Counted from the first letter of the stretch, positions 1 to 9,006 are shown. The stretch: 32,000 nucleotides of DNA from Candidatus Saccharimonadota bacterium (GCA_021654395.1 AP024486.1:150001-182000); one strand, 5' to 3'. Notes: generated from the sequence alone by a model not told the origin. Translations and numbers: made by a program.

Positions 1-2
1 CA

Positions 3-308
3 AAGTTTGTTGAAAACAGAGAAGAACTAACATACGCAATAAATGGTATTGTCTTCAGAAGTGCGGAGATAGAGGTTCCTATAGAATCTATAGGAGATGC
101 ATTAAACTCTATTATATCTGCTGTAAGGCAAGCAAAGACAAAGAATAAGATATCGCTCAACGAGCCTATTAAGTCAGTAAATATTAAGGCTAATGAGGAG
201 CTGATTAGGTATATAGAGCTCGTAAAAGACGATATAGCAAAGATCTGCAAGAGTAATAATGTAAATATAGAAAAAGGAGAAGGACTAAATGTCTCTATAG
301 AGCTATGA
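3..308 (+). CDS. 3' end of a CDS entering from the left edge; tail resembles C-termini of class Ia aminoacyl-tRNA synthetases (Val/Ile/Leu type)
   Basis: Frame 3 is open from the window edge to TGA at 306-308 (101 codons, ...SIGDALNSIISAVRQAKTKNKISLNEPIKSVNIKANEELIRYIELVKDDIAKI...). It is absent from the track because it has no start. The family call rests only on the ...AVRxxKxxxxISLxxPI... pattern. Confidence 0.4.
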   Translation, partial: KFVENREELTYAINGIVFRSAEIEVPIESIGDALNSIISAVRQAKTKNKISLNEPIKSVNIKANEELIRYIELVKDDIAKICKSNNVNIEKGEGLNVSIEL

Positions 309-311
309 TGC

Positions 312-1424
312 TTATAAGACCTTCGGAGTATCATCTATTAGTATATCATCTTCTATTCTTACTCCGAATCTTCCGTTTATATATATACCTGGTTCGTTGC
401 TAAATACGCTATTCTTCTGTAGCATTACGCTTTCTCTTGCTCTATAGTTACTTATAACTACTGTATCAGAGTCGTGAACATTTAAACCTATGCTATGTCC
501 TAAAGAATGAATATTTGAGAAGCTATACTTGGCGAACTTTCCATCTTTATAGTTACTTATAATCTTTGCTGCTACTCCAGCTGGCTTTTTGTTGTTATAT
601 CTTGGGGTCATATATCTTAAAGCTTCTTGCTGAGCTTTGTAAACTAGACTATGCACTTCCTCAAATAGCTTGTACTTTGATGAGCTTTTATCTGGCTTGA
701 ATATTATAGTTCTTGTTATATCACCACAGTAGTTGTTGTACTTAGCTCCAGCGTCTATTAGTACAACGCTATTCTCTTTAAGCTTTTTATCAGAAGGCAT
801 ATGATGTGGCATAGCAGAGTTTTCATCTATTGCTACTATTGTGTCAAAAGCAAGCTCCATTACTCCATTGTTAATAAGGTTCTTACGAAAGATAACCTCT
901 ATATCCTTTTCAGTTAATCCAGGTCTTAACTCGTTGAAGGTCTCTTCAATTGTCTTTTTTGTTATATCTGCCGCCTTACTTATATTATCTATCTCATAAG
1001 AATCTTTTATAAGTCTAATTGAAGATAACAGATTAGTTACATCTACGATCTCTTTAACATCTAAATTATTCTTTATTGCGTCTATTGTGTACCTAGAATG
1101 CATAAAGCTTATTCCAACAGTATCCTTTTTATCTATTATAGCACTTAAAGGCTTATTTGAAAGAACCTCTAAATTATCTAATGAATAAAGCTCTTTATTG
1201 TAAATAGCTATATCTTTCTCTAGCGGGCTTGTATCGAGATATACTAACTTATTTTTTAGATCTATTATAATATAATTAAGCTCAAATACACCATCATTAA
1301 AGAGCTTCCAATACTGAAAATCTTCCTTTGTATTTGGCTCATTTCTTATTACTATCTTATCTATACTTGCTGCTTGCTCTGATAGCCTTTTAATTCTATT
1401 ATATAGTATAGATCTTAGATCCAT
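312..1424 (-). CDS. Xaa-Pro aminopeptidase/dipeptidase, M24B (creatinase/prolidase fold) metallopeptidase
   Basis: 370 aa. The M24 metal-ligand motifs occur in the expected order: VLIDAGAKYNNYCGDITRT (Asp/Asp), HSLGHSIGLNVHD (His), SNEPGIY (Glu), GVRIEDDILI (Glu). Confidence 0.85.
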   Translation of the reverse strand: MDLRSILYNRIKRLSEQAASIDKIVIRNEPNTKEDFQYWKLFNDGVFELNYIIIDLKNKLVYLDTSPLEKDIAIYNKELYSLDNLEVLSNKPLSAIIDKKDTVGISFMHSRYTIDAIKNNLDVKEIVDVTNLLSSIRLIKDSYEIDNISKAADITKKTIEETFNELRPGLTEKDIEVIFRKNLINNGVMELAFDTIVAIDENSAMPHHMPSDKKLKENSVVLIDAGAKYNNYCGDITRTIIFKPDKSSSKYKLFEEVHSLVYKAQQEALRYMTPRYNNKKPAGVAAKIISNYKDGKFAKYSFSNIHSLGHSIGLNVHDSDTVVISNYRARESVMLQKNSVFSNEPGIYINGRFGVRIEDDILIDDTPKVL

Positions 1425-1454
1425 TAATAATCATAAAGATTAAAAATTTAATAA

Positions 1455-3083
1455 TTAGCAGCTATTATTCTGACTATGTGTTAGCTTTATAGATAAGTTT
1501 GCTAATGTATCTTCTGTACCTATAACTCTTATATTATAGCAGCTATTGTTTACTGGATGTAGTATAAATGCTGGTGGTAGTCTTCTTATTATTGGTAAGC
1601 ATCTTACAACTACAGACCCATTTGCTATAGATGAATTGGCATTTAGCTTTGCGTAGCATGTTGTGATTGCGCTTCTATTTATTCCTTCTAACTCACTCTC
1701 TGGTTGGTATAAAGAGATAAAGCCTTTGAATACTAACGTAACGTTTGCACCAGGTGCTAACATATATCCTTCCTCTTCGCCTTCACCTCTATAGTCAAAT
1801 GGTAGCTGTAATGCTCCGCTACTATTTACTAAGAAGTTTATAGATCTTAATCTTTCTAGATTTAATATCGCTGTAAGATTAGACTTAACTGCTCTTGTTA
1901 CTGTAGAGTTATTAGCTAGACTTATATATGCACTGGCTTCAACGTCAAGCTCTGATTCATTAGTGGCCATCCTTGCAAGTTTTTCTATATCATCAAGCTT
2001 ACTTAAGACCTCCTTCTCTATATCTGAGGCGTTAGCGGATAAGCTTATATTTAGCTTTGAGCTCAAGCCAGATATATTTAGATTTGAGCTTATATTTGAA
2101 CTTAAAGATGTCATATTATATATATTTCCGTATCCATAGCCATTTATATTGTAGTATGGTATACTACTAGGCATCATATCATTATTTGCTTTTATCTCGC
2201 CTCTTATTGCAACAGGATAAGGAGTTATTATCCCAAATGGAATAATTCCTCCGACAAACTTTCCATTAACTATAACATGCTTTAAGTATATTGTTTTATT
2301 TCCTGTGTTCTTAACGTTTATGTATAGCACTACAGATGAGTTATTTAGCGTATAGAACCTTGCGCTCTCTATAGCTATACTGCCTCTTAAATCATCAAGC
2401 TCCTTCTTCTCTGTTGAATTTAGTGCTACTCTTGCTCCAACTCTAACCGTAACCTTTCCTGGTACTACTATAGATCTTACAGAAGGAACTAGCACTAATG
2501 TAGCAGAGCTATTTGATGTAAATAGCTCTACTAATGTTGGAGATAGATCTATAAGCAGATTACTAAAAGATGAATTTAACGATCTATTAATATTTGCGGA
2601 GACTATGCTATTCTGAGTATTATTATAGAAAGTTGCTACTACAACTCTATATGAAGTGCCATTTATTGTTGCATTTGCTCTATTTACGAAGAAGATTATC
2701 TTCCTTATATAGGAGCCGTTTGGGATTGATAGCTTACCTGCTACAATCGAGGCATTTGTTAGATTTAGCAGATTTAGCGTACTTGATTGATTTATATACA
2801 CAGAATTCTGAGTTGTATTAGTTTTACTTTTACTATATATAACTAGAATCTTTGAGTAGTTTATTGTTAAAGATGTTGTGCCATTTGGTACTATTGGCGG
2901 ATCTGTTAATAGTATACTAGAGTTTACGTAGCCTGCTGCTAATGGCGGTATTGAGGATGAAGAATTAGTAGAAGGCGTAACTACAGTATAAGTGTGCTTG
3001 CTTGATAGAGCGATGTATGCTATTACAGCAACTATTAATACTACTATTATACCTGCAGCTACTATCTTACTGTTCATAAGCAT
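1455..3083 (-). CDS. N-terminally membrane-anchored, sequon-rich extracellular protein (cell-surface/S-layer-like candidate), function unknown
   Basis: 542 aa. It has one N-terminal hydrophobic helix (MNSKIVAAGIIVVLIVAVIAYIALSSK) followed by a Ser/Thr linker. I count about three dozen N-x-S/T sequons by eye. No catalytic motif is recognisable. Met3 (MNSK...) is a plausible true start. Confidence 0.6.
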   Translation of the reverse strand: MLMNSKIVAAGIIVVLIVAVIAYIALSSKHTYTVVTPSTNSSSSIPPLAAGYVNSSILLTDPPIVPNGTTSLTINYSKILVIYSKSKTNTTQNSVYINQSSTLNLLNLTNASIVAGKLSIPNGSYIRKIIFFVNRANATINGTSYRVVVATFYNNTQNSIVSANINRSLNSSFSNLLIDLSPTLVELFTSNSSATLVLVPSVRSIVVPGKVTVRVGARVALNSTEKKELDDLRGSIAIESARFYTLNNSSVVLYINVKNTGNKTIYLKHVIVNGKFVGGIIPFGIITPYPVAIRGEIKANNDMMPSSIPYYNINGYGYGNIYNMTSLSSNISSNLNISGLSSKLNISLSANASDIEKEVLSKLDDIEKLARMATNESELDVEASAYISLANNSTVTRAVKSNLTAILNLERLRSINFLVNSSGALQLPFDYRGEGEEEGYMLAPGANVTLVFKGFISLYQPESELEGINRSAITTCYAKLNANSSIANGSVVVRCLPIIRRLPPAFILHPVNNSCYNIRVIGTEDTLANLSIKLTHSQNNSC

Positions 3084-3136
3084 CCTTTAATAGATTAAGA
3101 ATTGAAAAATCTAAAAACTTAATTATGCTAATTAAA

Positions 3137-3209
3137 TAGCCCCGGCCGGATTCGAACCGACGTAAGCGGGTCCAAAGCCCGCTATCCTTGGCCACTAGAT
3201 GACGGGGCT
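3137..3209 (-). tRNA. tRNA-Gln (anticodon UUG)
   Basis: The reverse complement folds as AGCCCCG-TC-ATCT-AGTGGCCAA-GGAT-A-GCGGG-CTTTGGA-CCCGC-TTAC-GTCGG-TTCGAAT-CCGGC-CGGGGCT-A. This gives a 7-bp acceptor stem with A1-U72 (typical of archaeal tRNA-Gln), anticodon TTG and a canonical T-loop. No CCA is encoded. It is a GC-rich island in AT-rich spacer. Confidence 0.9.
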
Positions 3210-3238
3210 TTTCTATCCTAGTAATATTATTATATATT

Positions 3239-3253
3239 AAAGCTTTTAATAAT
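3239..3253 (+). promoter_or_regulatory. putative BRE/TATA promoter element for the radical SAM gene
   Basis: aaagcttttaataat is one instance of the recurrent AAGCTTT(T)AA(A)T motif found upstream of several genes in this window. A second copy (aaaagcttaaataata, 3292-3307) lies too close to the ATG at 3313 to serve it. Confidence 0.3.
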
Positions 3254-3312
3254 TAAAATCTAATTCTGCTTTAGGAAGCCTAATATATCTTAAAAGCTTA
3301 AATAATAATTAG

Positions 3313-4368
3313 ATGAAAGTAGAAGCCAGGTTATACAAGAATGAAGGCGGATATATTAAGTGCTTAGCCTGCGCAAGATACTGCAGAATACCTAACGGCT
3401 CTCACGGATTCTGTTATGTTAGAGCAAATTTAGACAATAAGCTATACCTTTTGAGTTACGGTAAAGTAGAGGCATTGCAGATAGATCCTATAGAGAAGAA
3501 GCCTTTCAATCATTTTATGCCAGGCAGTGTTGTACTAGGAGTTGGTACCTCCTCGTGCAACTTTAGCTGCCAGTTCTGCCAGAATCACAATATATCTAAA
3601 GATAAGGAGATAAAAGGAGAGGAGTTGAGCCCAGAAGATATAGTAGAGATAGCTTCTATAAATAAAGTAGATGGAATAGCTTATACGTATAATGAGCCAA
3701 CAATCTTTATAGAATTTGCTTTGGATATAGCAAAGCTCGCTAAAAAGAAGGGGATGTTTAATGTTTTTGTTACTAATGGATATCTGTCAGAGGAGGCAGT
3801 AGATGCTATAAGCGGATATATCGATGCAGCAGTAGTAAACTTCAAGGGCGAAGGCTTCTATGAAAAATTTATGCATAGATATATGACAGTAAACTCACCA
3901 GAGCCTATAAAGAATGCTCTAATAAAGATGAAGGAGAAAGGCATGCATATAGAGATAACAGATCTTGTTATACCAAGAGTTGGTGATAATTTAGAGTATG
4001 CTAAGGAACTCTGCTTATTTATAAAGGAGGAGCTTGGAGAAGATACGCCAATTCATTTTAATAGATTTCACCCAGACTATAAGATGCTTGATATAGAGCC
4101 TACTAGCTTTGAGTCTCTTTATAATCATTATAGATTAGCAAAAGATTTAGGTCTAAGATATGTATATATAGGAAATGTATTCGGTAATAGATATGAGAGT
4201 ACATACTGCCCTGGATGTGGCAACCCAGTTATTTTGAGAAAAGGATATGAGATAACAGGATGGAATCTAGATAAGGATTATAGATGTATATACTGCGGTT
4301 ATAAGATAGATATCAGAGGCAGAGCTTTCTTAAATAAAAGGCTTAATGATATCACACCCCTAATATAA
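3313..4368 (+). CDS. radical SAM enzyme, AmmeMemoRadiSam-system (AmrS) / PflA-activase-like family
   Basis: 351 aa. It has the CxxxCxxC cluster CNFSCQFCQN, the family-typical IDPIEKKPFNHFMPGS and TYNEPTIF motifs, an extra N-terminal Cys cluster (CLACARYCRIPNGSHGFC) and a C-terminal CPGCG...CIYCG ribbon. Confidence 0.85.
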   Translation: MKVEARLYKNEGGYIKCLACARYCRIPNGSHGFCYVRANLDNKLYLLSYGKVEALQIDPIEKKPFNHFMPGSVVLGVGTSSCNFSCQFCQNHNISKDKEIKGEELSPEDIVEIASINKVDGIAYTYNEPTIFIEFALDIAKLAKKKGMFNVFVTNGYLSEEAVDAISGYIDAAVVNFKGEGFYEKFMHRYMTVNSPEPIKNALIKMKEKGMHIEITDLVIPRVGDNLEYAKELCLFIKEELGEDTPIHFNRFHPDYKMLDIEPTSFESLYNHYRLAKDLGLRYVYIGNVFGNRYESTYCPGCGNPVILRKGYEITGWNLDKDYRCIYCGYKIDIRGRAFLNKRLNDITPLI

Positions 4369-4376
4369 GGGCTTAC

Positions 4377-4390
4377 TAGCTTTAATAATA
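4377..4390 (+). promoter_or_regulatory. putative BRE/TATA element for the MFS transporter gene
   Basis: tagctttaataata lies about 30-40 nt upstream of the ATG at 4420, which implies a short or absent leader. Confidence 0.3.
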
Positions 4391-4419
4391 TAATTCTACT
4401 TATATCTATATTAATCTAT

Positions 4420-5601
4420 ATGAATAATTCTAAAGAGCCTAATAGCTCAGATATAGCATTATATATATCTAGGCTTAGTAGAAGCGCAGGCCTTATATTT
4501 GTAACACTTAGTCTTCCTTTCTATCTTAAAGACCTCGGCTTAGATATTGTTGATATAGGAGTAGTCTATGCTTTCATAATAGCATTCTCTGTAGCTGAAT
4601 CTTTAGCTTTAGGATACCTTGGAGATATAACTAAGTACAAGTATGCCTTACTAATAGCTGACTTTGCATCTCTTATTGGTACTATATTGATAGCATTGGC
4701 ATTCAATATATACTTAATAATACTAGGAATGCTTCTTGCAGGCATATCTGGATCTGCTGGCGCGCTAAGAGGCTCTTTTGCGCCTGGTCTAAATGCATAT
4801 ATATTAAGCACATGGAAAGAAGAGAGCAAGCAGGTTAAGGTTCTATCTAGAATTAATCTTCTTTCTAGTATAGGCTCTTTAATAGGTAGCATGTTGCTAG
4901 AGTTTAATATCTTCTTAAGAATCCCCGAGATAAGCTTCTTAAGAAGCATGTATCTAGTATCTGCCTTGCTTATCTTTATATCGTTGATATCTTTAACTTT
5001 GATTGAAGAAAATAGACATGAAAATAGAAAGAGTTCTATTATGACTAAAAAGAGCAGAAGCTACGCAAAGAAGATTCTTATTATAAACTTAATAAATGGA
5101 GCTGGCATGGGCCTTGCTATACCTCTACTACCATTATTCTTCTCTCTTATATTTAATATAAACATATCTAAGGTCGGATTTATATACTTTATGAGTTATA
5201 TACTAACTGCATTTGGCTCTTATATCTCATATAATATCTATAGCAGATTAAAGAGTCCTGAAAAGATAATACTATTTAGCAGGGTTGCAAGTGGCTCTAT
5301 CCTTGCTTTTATACCATTTGCTAGATTCTATATATTAGCAATAATTCTATACTCCTTAAGATCTTTTATAGCAGGTATAGGAGCACCGGCTAGAAGCATA
5401 TTAAATATAAGAGGCTTGGATCAAGAGAACTATGGTATAGGAGGCAGCATAGCAGGAGGTGCTAATAGGATCTCTCAGACAAGCAGCTTAATAAGCGGTT
5501 ACTTAGCCGATATAAGCCTGCCTCTGCCTATAGTATTAGGAGGTGTGTTACAAGTTATAGTCGGATTTCTTTATTATGAGTTTACAAAAGATAGCAGATA
5601 G
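4420..5601 (+). CDS. major facilitator superfamily (MFS)-type transporter
   Basis: 393 aa, about 12 hydrophobic segments in a 6+6 layout with a charged central loop (EENRHENRKSSIMTKKSRSYAKK). There is an MFS motif-A-like GYLGDITKYKY after TM2. Confidence 0.7.
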   Translation: MNNSKEPNSSDIALYISRLSRSAGLIFVTLSLPFYLKDLGLDIVDIGVVYAFIIAFSVAESLALGYLGDITKYKYALLIADFASLIGTILIALAFNIYLIILGMLLAGISGSAGALRGSFAPGLNAYILSTWKEESKQVKVLSRINLLSSIGSLIGSMLLEFNIFLRIPEISFLRSMYLVSALLIFISLISLTLIEENRHENRKSSIMTKKSRSYAKKILIINLINGAGMGLAIPLLPLFFSLIFNINISKVGFIYFMSYILTAFGSYISYNIYSRLKSPEKIILFSRVASGSILAFIPFARFYILAIILYSLRSFIAGIGAPARSILNIRGLDQENYGIGGSIAGGANRISQTSSLISGYLADISLPLPIVLGGVLQVIVGFLYYEFTKDSR

Positions 5602-5610
5602 CTGCTTATA

Positions 5611-6183
5611 TTATCTTTCCGCATATCTTACTCTCTTCTTTATCTCTGATATTCTTTCTAATATCTGATCTGCATTGTATATAATATTTCTATAATCATC
5701 CATAAATCTATGGAATAAATCATCCCCAAGAGATCTCTCTAAAACTATAAGATCCATCGCTTTATCTTCAATGTTCTTGCTTATAGATGCAAGACCGAAA
5801 TCTATTATATATGGCTTGTTATCTCTAACCAGTATATTTCTAGTTGTAAGATCACCATGTATTATATCTATACTATGAAGCTTTGCAACCTGAGCAGCAA
5901 TCTTATCTATTATGCTGCTATGCTTCTCAGAGAACGTCTCTCCATCTATATACTCCATAGCTATAAGCTTATCTGTAACTAGTAGTACTCTAGGAACATT
6001 TACTCCGTTATCATATGCCTTAATCATTATCTTTGCCTCGTTTATAGATCTGCTTCTCCTTATCTTTAGGTCTAGATCTTTAATTCTATACCTTTTAACA
6101 ACTCTGAGCTTTATTATTGCCATTATTCCAAATATCTCTGCCTTATATATATCTGCCTCTGCGCCCCTAGCTATCAGCTCCAA
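5611..6183 (-). CDS. bud32: Bud32/PRPK-type atypical kinase, KEOPS subunit
   Basis: 190 aa small RIO-like kinase with GAEADIY, catalytic loop IIHGDLTTRNILV and IIDFGLA. It lies directly downstream of kae1 and overlaps it by 10 nt. Confidence 0.85.
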   Translation of the reverse strand: MELIARGAEADIYKAEIFGIMAIIKLRVVKRYRIKDLDLKIRRSRSINEAKIMIKAYDNGVNVPRVLLVTDKLIAMEYIDGETFSEKHSSIIDKIAAQVAKLHSIDIIHGDLTTRNILVRDNKPYIIDFGLASISKNIEDKAMDLIVLERSLGDDLFHRFMDDYRNIIYNADQILERISEIKKRVRYAER

Positions 6184-7163
6184 TATATATCAACCTTATC
6201 TATTCTATACTTCTGATTTATGCTTATATCTGCATCTTTAAACCTTACACCACTTTTAGCGTACTTCTCTCCTAATACTGCTATCATAGCGCCGTTATCT
6301 GCGTTATACTCTGGTTCAGCAAAGTATAGCTTAACTCCATCGTCTTCTGCTAGAGTCTTTAACTTATCTATAAGCGTAGTGTTCTGTGCAACTCCACCAG
6401 CAACAACTATCGCTTTCTTATTAGATATGAATAGTGCTCTCTCTGCAGATTCTAGTATCATATCAAAGGCTGTTTCCATTAATGAGAACGCTATATCCTC
6501 AAGCGCATATCTTTTGCTTTTGACAAGCTTAGTTGAGTAGGTAAGCAGACCAGAGAATGTGAAATCCATTCCTTTTACAGTATACGGCATCCCTATGTAA
6601 TTTTTACCCTTAGATGCAATCGCTGCAACAGTAGATCCCCAAGCTGGATTAAGCCCTGCCTCTCTTGCAAAGCTATCGAATAGATTTCCAATACCTATAT
6701 CAAGAGTTTCTCCATATATCTTGTATCTTTTTACCACCTCACCTTCAAGAGCCAATATCTGCGAATTGCCTCCACTTAGATAAACAGCTAGTGGATCCTT
6801 AACTTTATTAATAGACTTAACTATCTCGATGTGTGCGATACCATGATGTACAGGTATAATATCTATATTATGCTTCAAGCTTAGAGCTCTAGCATAGACA
6901 AATCCTACTCTTAAACATGGGCCTAATCCAGGGCCTTTACTATATGCTATATTGTCTATATCTTTTATGCCTACTCCTGCAGCTTCTAGTGCCTTCTTAA
7001 TTACTAAAGAGCCAACCTCTAGATGATGCTCTGCCACTTTTATAGGAATCATGCCTTTGTTATCTATCTTATACATCTCTTTTACATTAGCTAATATCTC
7101 TCCATCTCTTACAATACCAACTCCAAATGTATGTGCTGTGCTTTCTATACCCAATGTATACAT
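6174..7163 (-). CDS. kae1: Kae1, tRNA N6-adenosine threonylcarbamoyltransferase (KEOPS catalytic subunit)
   Basis: 329 aa. It has an ASKHA-fold N-terminus LGIESTAHTFGVGIV, a metal-binding VHHGIAHIE and SGGVAQN-like VAGGVAQN. Confidence 0.9.
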   Translation of the reverse strand: MYTLGIESTAHTFGVGIVRDGEILANVKEMYKIDNKGMIPIKVAEHHLEVGSLVIKKALEAAGVGIKDIDNIAYSKGPGLGPCLRVGFVYARALSLKHNIDIIPVHHGIAHIEIVKSINKVKDPLAVYLSGGNSQILALEGEVVKRYKIYGETLDIGIGNLFDSFAREAGLNPAWGSTVAAIASKGKNYIGMPYTVKGMDFTFSGLLTYSTKLVKSKRYALEDIAFSLMETAFDMILESAERALFISNKKAIVVAGGVAQNTTLIDKLKTLAEDDGVKLYFAEPEYNADNGAMIAVLGEKYAKSGVRFKDADISINQKYRIDKVDIYWS

Positions 7164-7352
7164 ATATATCTAATCCTTTCACATTATCAGCTATCAAAGA
7201 TCAGTATTATTAGGCTTTACTTTATAATTTATTAATATATTGAATAAGTTTAAAAATTAAAGATTAAGGTGCTATATGAAGAATTGGCCTTATTACTAAA
7301 TATTTATAAATATAGTTATACTTAAATTTAGATTATCTCTGGTGTAGGTATC

Positions 7353-7718
7353 ATGCGTACTAGAGCAGAAAATCCAGAATACTTAAAGATCTATGAAGCA
7401 TTTAGAAATGAGTATAAGAGTAGAGTTATAAATAATAAAAAGATTGGCTATATAAAAAGAGCCTTAAAGCTACTTAATAGAAGTAGAAGATCTAGATTAG
7501 GAGTCAACTTATATAAGATAGATAAGTACACTAAGGAGAATGATTATGTGTTTGTTCCAGATAAGCTATTAGCTGTCGGAAAGCTAAACCATCCTGTGAA
7601 GGTACTTGCATTAAGTTACTCATCTAAAGCATTAGAAGAGCTGAAAAGGAGTGGATCTGAGATACTTGATGTAGAGAGATTCTTAAAAGAGGCTAAGGGT
7701 GTAAAGATCATAATATAA
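7353..7718 (+). CDS. rpl18e: 50S ribosomal protein L18e
   Basis: 121 aa with the pattern ...RRSRLGVNLYKI...VFVPDKLLAVGKLNHPVKVLALSYSSKALEEL... typical of archaeal L18e. It is the first gene of the conserved L18e-L13-S9-RpoN block. Confidence 0.85.
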   Translation: MRTRAENPEYLKIYEAFRNEYKSRVINNKKIGYIKRALKLLNRSRRSRLGVNLYKIDKYTKENDYVFVPDKLLAVGKLNHPVKVLALSYSSKALEELKRSGSEILDVERFLKEAKGVKIII

Positions 7719-7728
7719 AGTGATAATT

Positions 7729-8178
7729 ATGGATTCAGATAAGAGCGGCAATGAGATATTATATGATGCTACAGATGCTGTAATTGGCAGACTAGCGAGC
7801 AGAATCGCAAAGGATCTGCTAAATGGGGCTAGAGTTACTGTTATAAATGCTGAAAAGTCAATAATTACAGGAGATATTAAATCCCTATATGAAAGATATA
7901 AGACCAGATTAGATCTGCAAGAGAAAGAGAATCCAGAGCACTCGCCTTACTGGTCAAGAAGACCGGATCTTCTATTTAAGAGAATTGTAAGAGGAATGTT
8001 GCCTTATAAAAAGGCAAGAGGAAGAGAAGCTTATAAGAGGCTAAAGGTGTATATGGGTGTTCCAGAGGAGCTAAAGAATAAGGAATCTACTAAGATAGAA
8101 ATTAAGAGAAAAGAGTCTGTTTATGTAGATTATGTTACACTATATGGGCTCTGTAAGAGGTTAGGATATAAGGGATAA
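7729..8178 (+). CDS. rpl13: 50S ribosomal protein uL13
   Basis: DATDAVIGRLASRIAKDLLNGARVTVINAEKSIITG is the uL13 signature. I prefer the ATG at 7729, preceded by the SD-like GTGAT (7720-7724), over the GTG at 7720 used in the track. Confidence 0.9.
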   Translation: MDSDKSGNEILYDATDAVIGRLASRIAKDLLNGARVTVINAEKSIITGDIKSLYERYKTRLDLQEKENPEHSPYWSRRPDLLFKRIVRGMLPYKKARGREAYKRLKVYMGVPEELKNKESTKIEIKRKESVYVDYVTLYGLCKRLGYKG

Positions 8179-8180
8179 TT

Positions 8181-8672
8181 ATGAATGAAGTTACTAACAC
8201 AGAAGAGATTAAATCTGAAGCTAATAAAGAGCCGAAGAAGGCTCAGAAAAAGAGATCTAAGAAAGGAAAGGTCATAATAGTGACTGCTAAAAGAAAGACT
8301 GCGATAGCAAGAGCTTATGCTAAAGAAGGGACTGGTATAATAAAGATAAATAAAAGGAGTATAAATGTAATAAAGCCAGATATTCTAAAGGACTTTATAC
8401 TAGAGCCAGTAAGGCTTACAGACTATACTTCTGAATTAGCTTCGAAGTTGGATATTAGTATAAATGTAAAAGGAGGAGGCTTTAGTGCACAGGCTCAAGC
8501 AGCAAGAGCAGCGATAGCTAGAGTATTAGTAGAGTACTCTGATAATAAGAGTTTAATAGAGCTATATAAGGATTATGATAGATATCTTCTGATAAACGAT
8601 TATAGAAGAGTAGAGCCTAAGAAGTATCTAGGAACTAAGGCAAGAGCCAGATTCCAGACATCTTATAGATAA
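8181..8672 (+). CDS. rps9: 30S ribosomal protein uS9 with a Lys-rich N-terminal extension
   Basis: 163 aa with the C-terminal uS9 signature ...RRVEPKKYLGTKARARFQTSYR and GGGFSAQAQAARAAIARVL. The first ~30 residues (MNEVTNTEEIKSEANKEPKKAQKKRSKKGK) are extra. Confidence 0.9.
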   Translation: MNEVTNTEEIKSEANKEPKKAQKKRSKKGKVIIVTAKRKTAIARAYAKEGTGIIKINKRSINVIKPDILKDFILEPVRLTDYTSELASKLDISINVKGGGFSAQAQAARAAIARVLVEYSDNKSLIELYKDYDRYLLINDYRRVEPKKYLGTKARARFQTSYR

Positions 8673-8689
8673 TGCTTGCGTGATAGCAC

Positions 8690-8890
8690 ATGATGATACC
8701 TGTAAGATGCTTTACATGTGGTGCTGTAATAGCAGACAAGTACGAGGAGTTTAACAAGAGAGTTAATATTAATAAAGAAGACCCAGAGAAAGTTCTAAAC
8801 GACTTAGGAGTAAAGAGATACTGCTGCAGGAGAATGATAGTATCGTACATACCATTAATAGATGATCTAATAAAGTTTCCTAGATATTAG
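8690..8890 (+). CDS. rpoN: DNA-directed RNA polymerase subunit N (Rpb10 homologue)
   Basis: 66 aa, [10 protein letters not shown]...RYCCRRM zinc-bundle signature. Confidence 0.9.
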   Translation: MMIPVRCFTCGAVIADKYEEFNKRVNINKEDPEKVLNDLGVKRYCCRRMIVSYIPLIDDLIKFPRY

Positions 8891-8901
8891 TATTATATTA
8901 A

Positions 8902-8991
8902 GGGGCCGTCTGCTAGCCTGGTTAGGCTACCAGCTTGGGGTGCTGGCGACCCGAGTTCAAAAGCGTAATGCTGTGAATCTCGGCGGCCCCG
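8902..8991 (+). tRNA. tRNA-Pro (anticodon GGG) with a 16-nt insertion in the T-loop (candidate non-canonical intron)
   Basis: Acceptor GGGGCCG/CGGCCCC; anticodon stem CCAGC/GCTGG with loop TT-GGG-GT (G37). The T-stem CCGAG (8951-8955)/CTCGG (8979-8983) is perfect, but 23 nt lie between its strands instead of 7. Deleting 16 nt restores TTCAAAT. The D-stem is weak (3 bp plus a mismatch). Confidence 0.75.
8960..8975 (+). other. 16-nt T-loop insertion of tRNA-Pro (intron candidate; junction ambiguous between positions 57/58, 58/59 and 59/60)
   Basis: ttca|aaagcgtaatgctgtg|aat. The flanking ttca (8956-8959) and tgaa (8974-8977) are complementary, and an inner agc/gct mini-hairpin has loop gtaat. 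Because of the flanking A residues the cut sites can slide by up to 2 nt. Confidence 0.6.
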
Positions 8992-9006
8992 ATTTACGGT
9001 GATATA

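Noticed and set aside
7276-7299. Seven-codon mini-ORF (MKNWPYY) with an AAGGTG just upstream, in the kae1/rpl18e divergent spacer
   Set aside because: It is too short to evaluate and lies upstream of the likely rpl18e TATA region. There is no supporting evidence.
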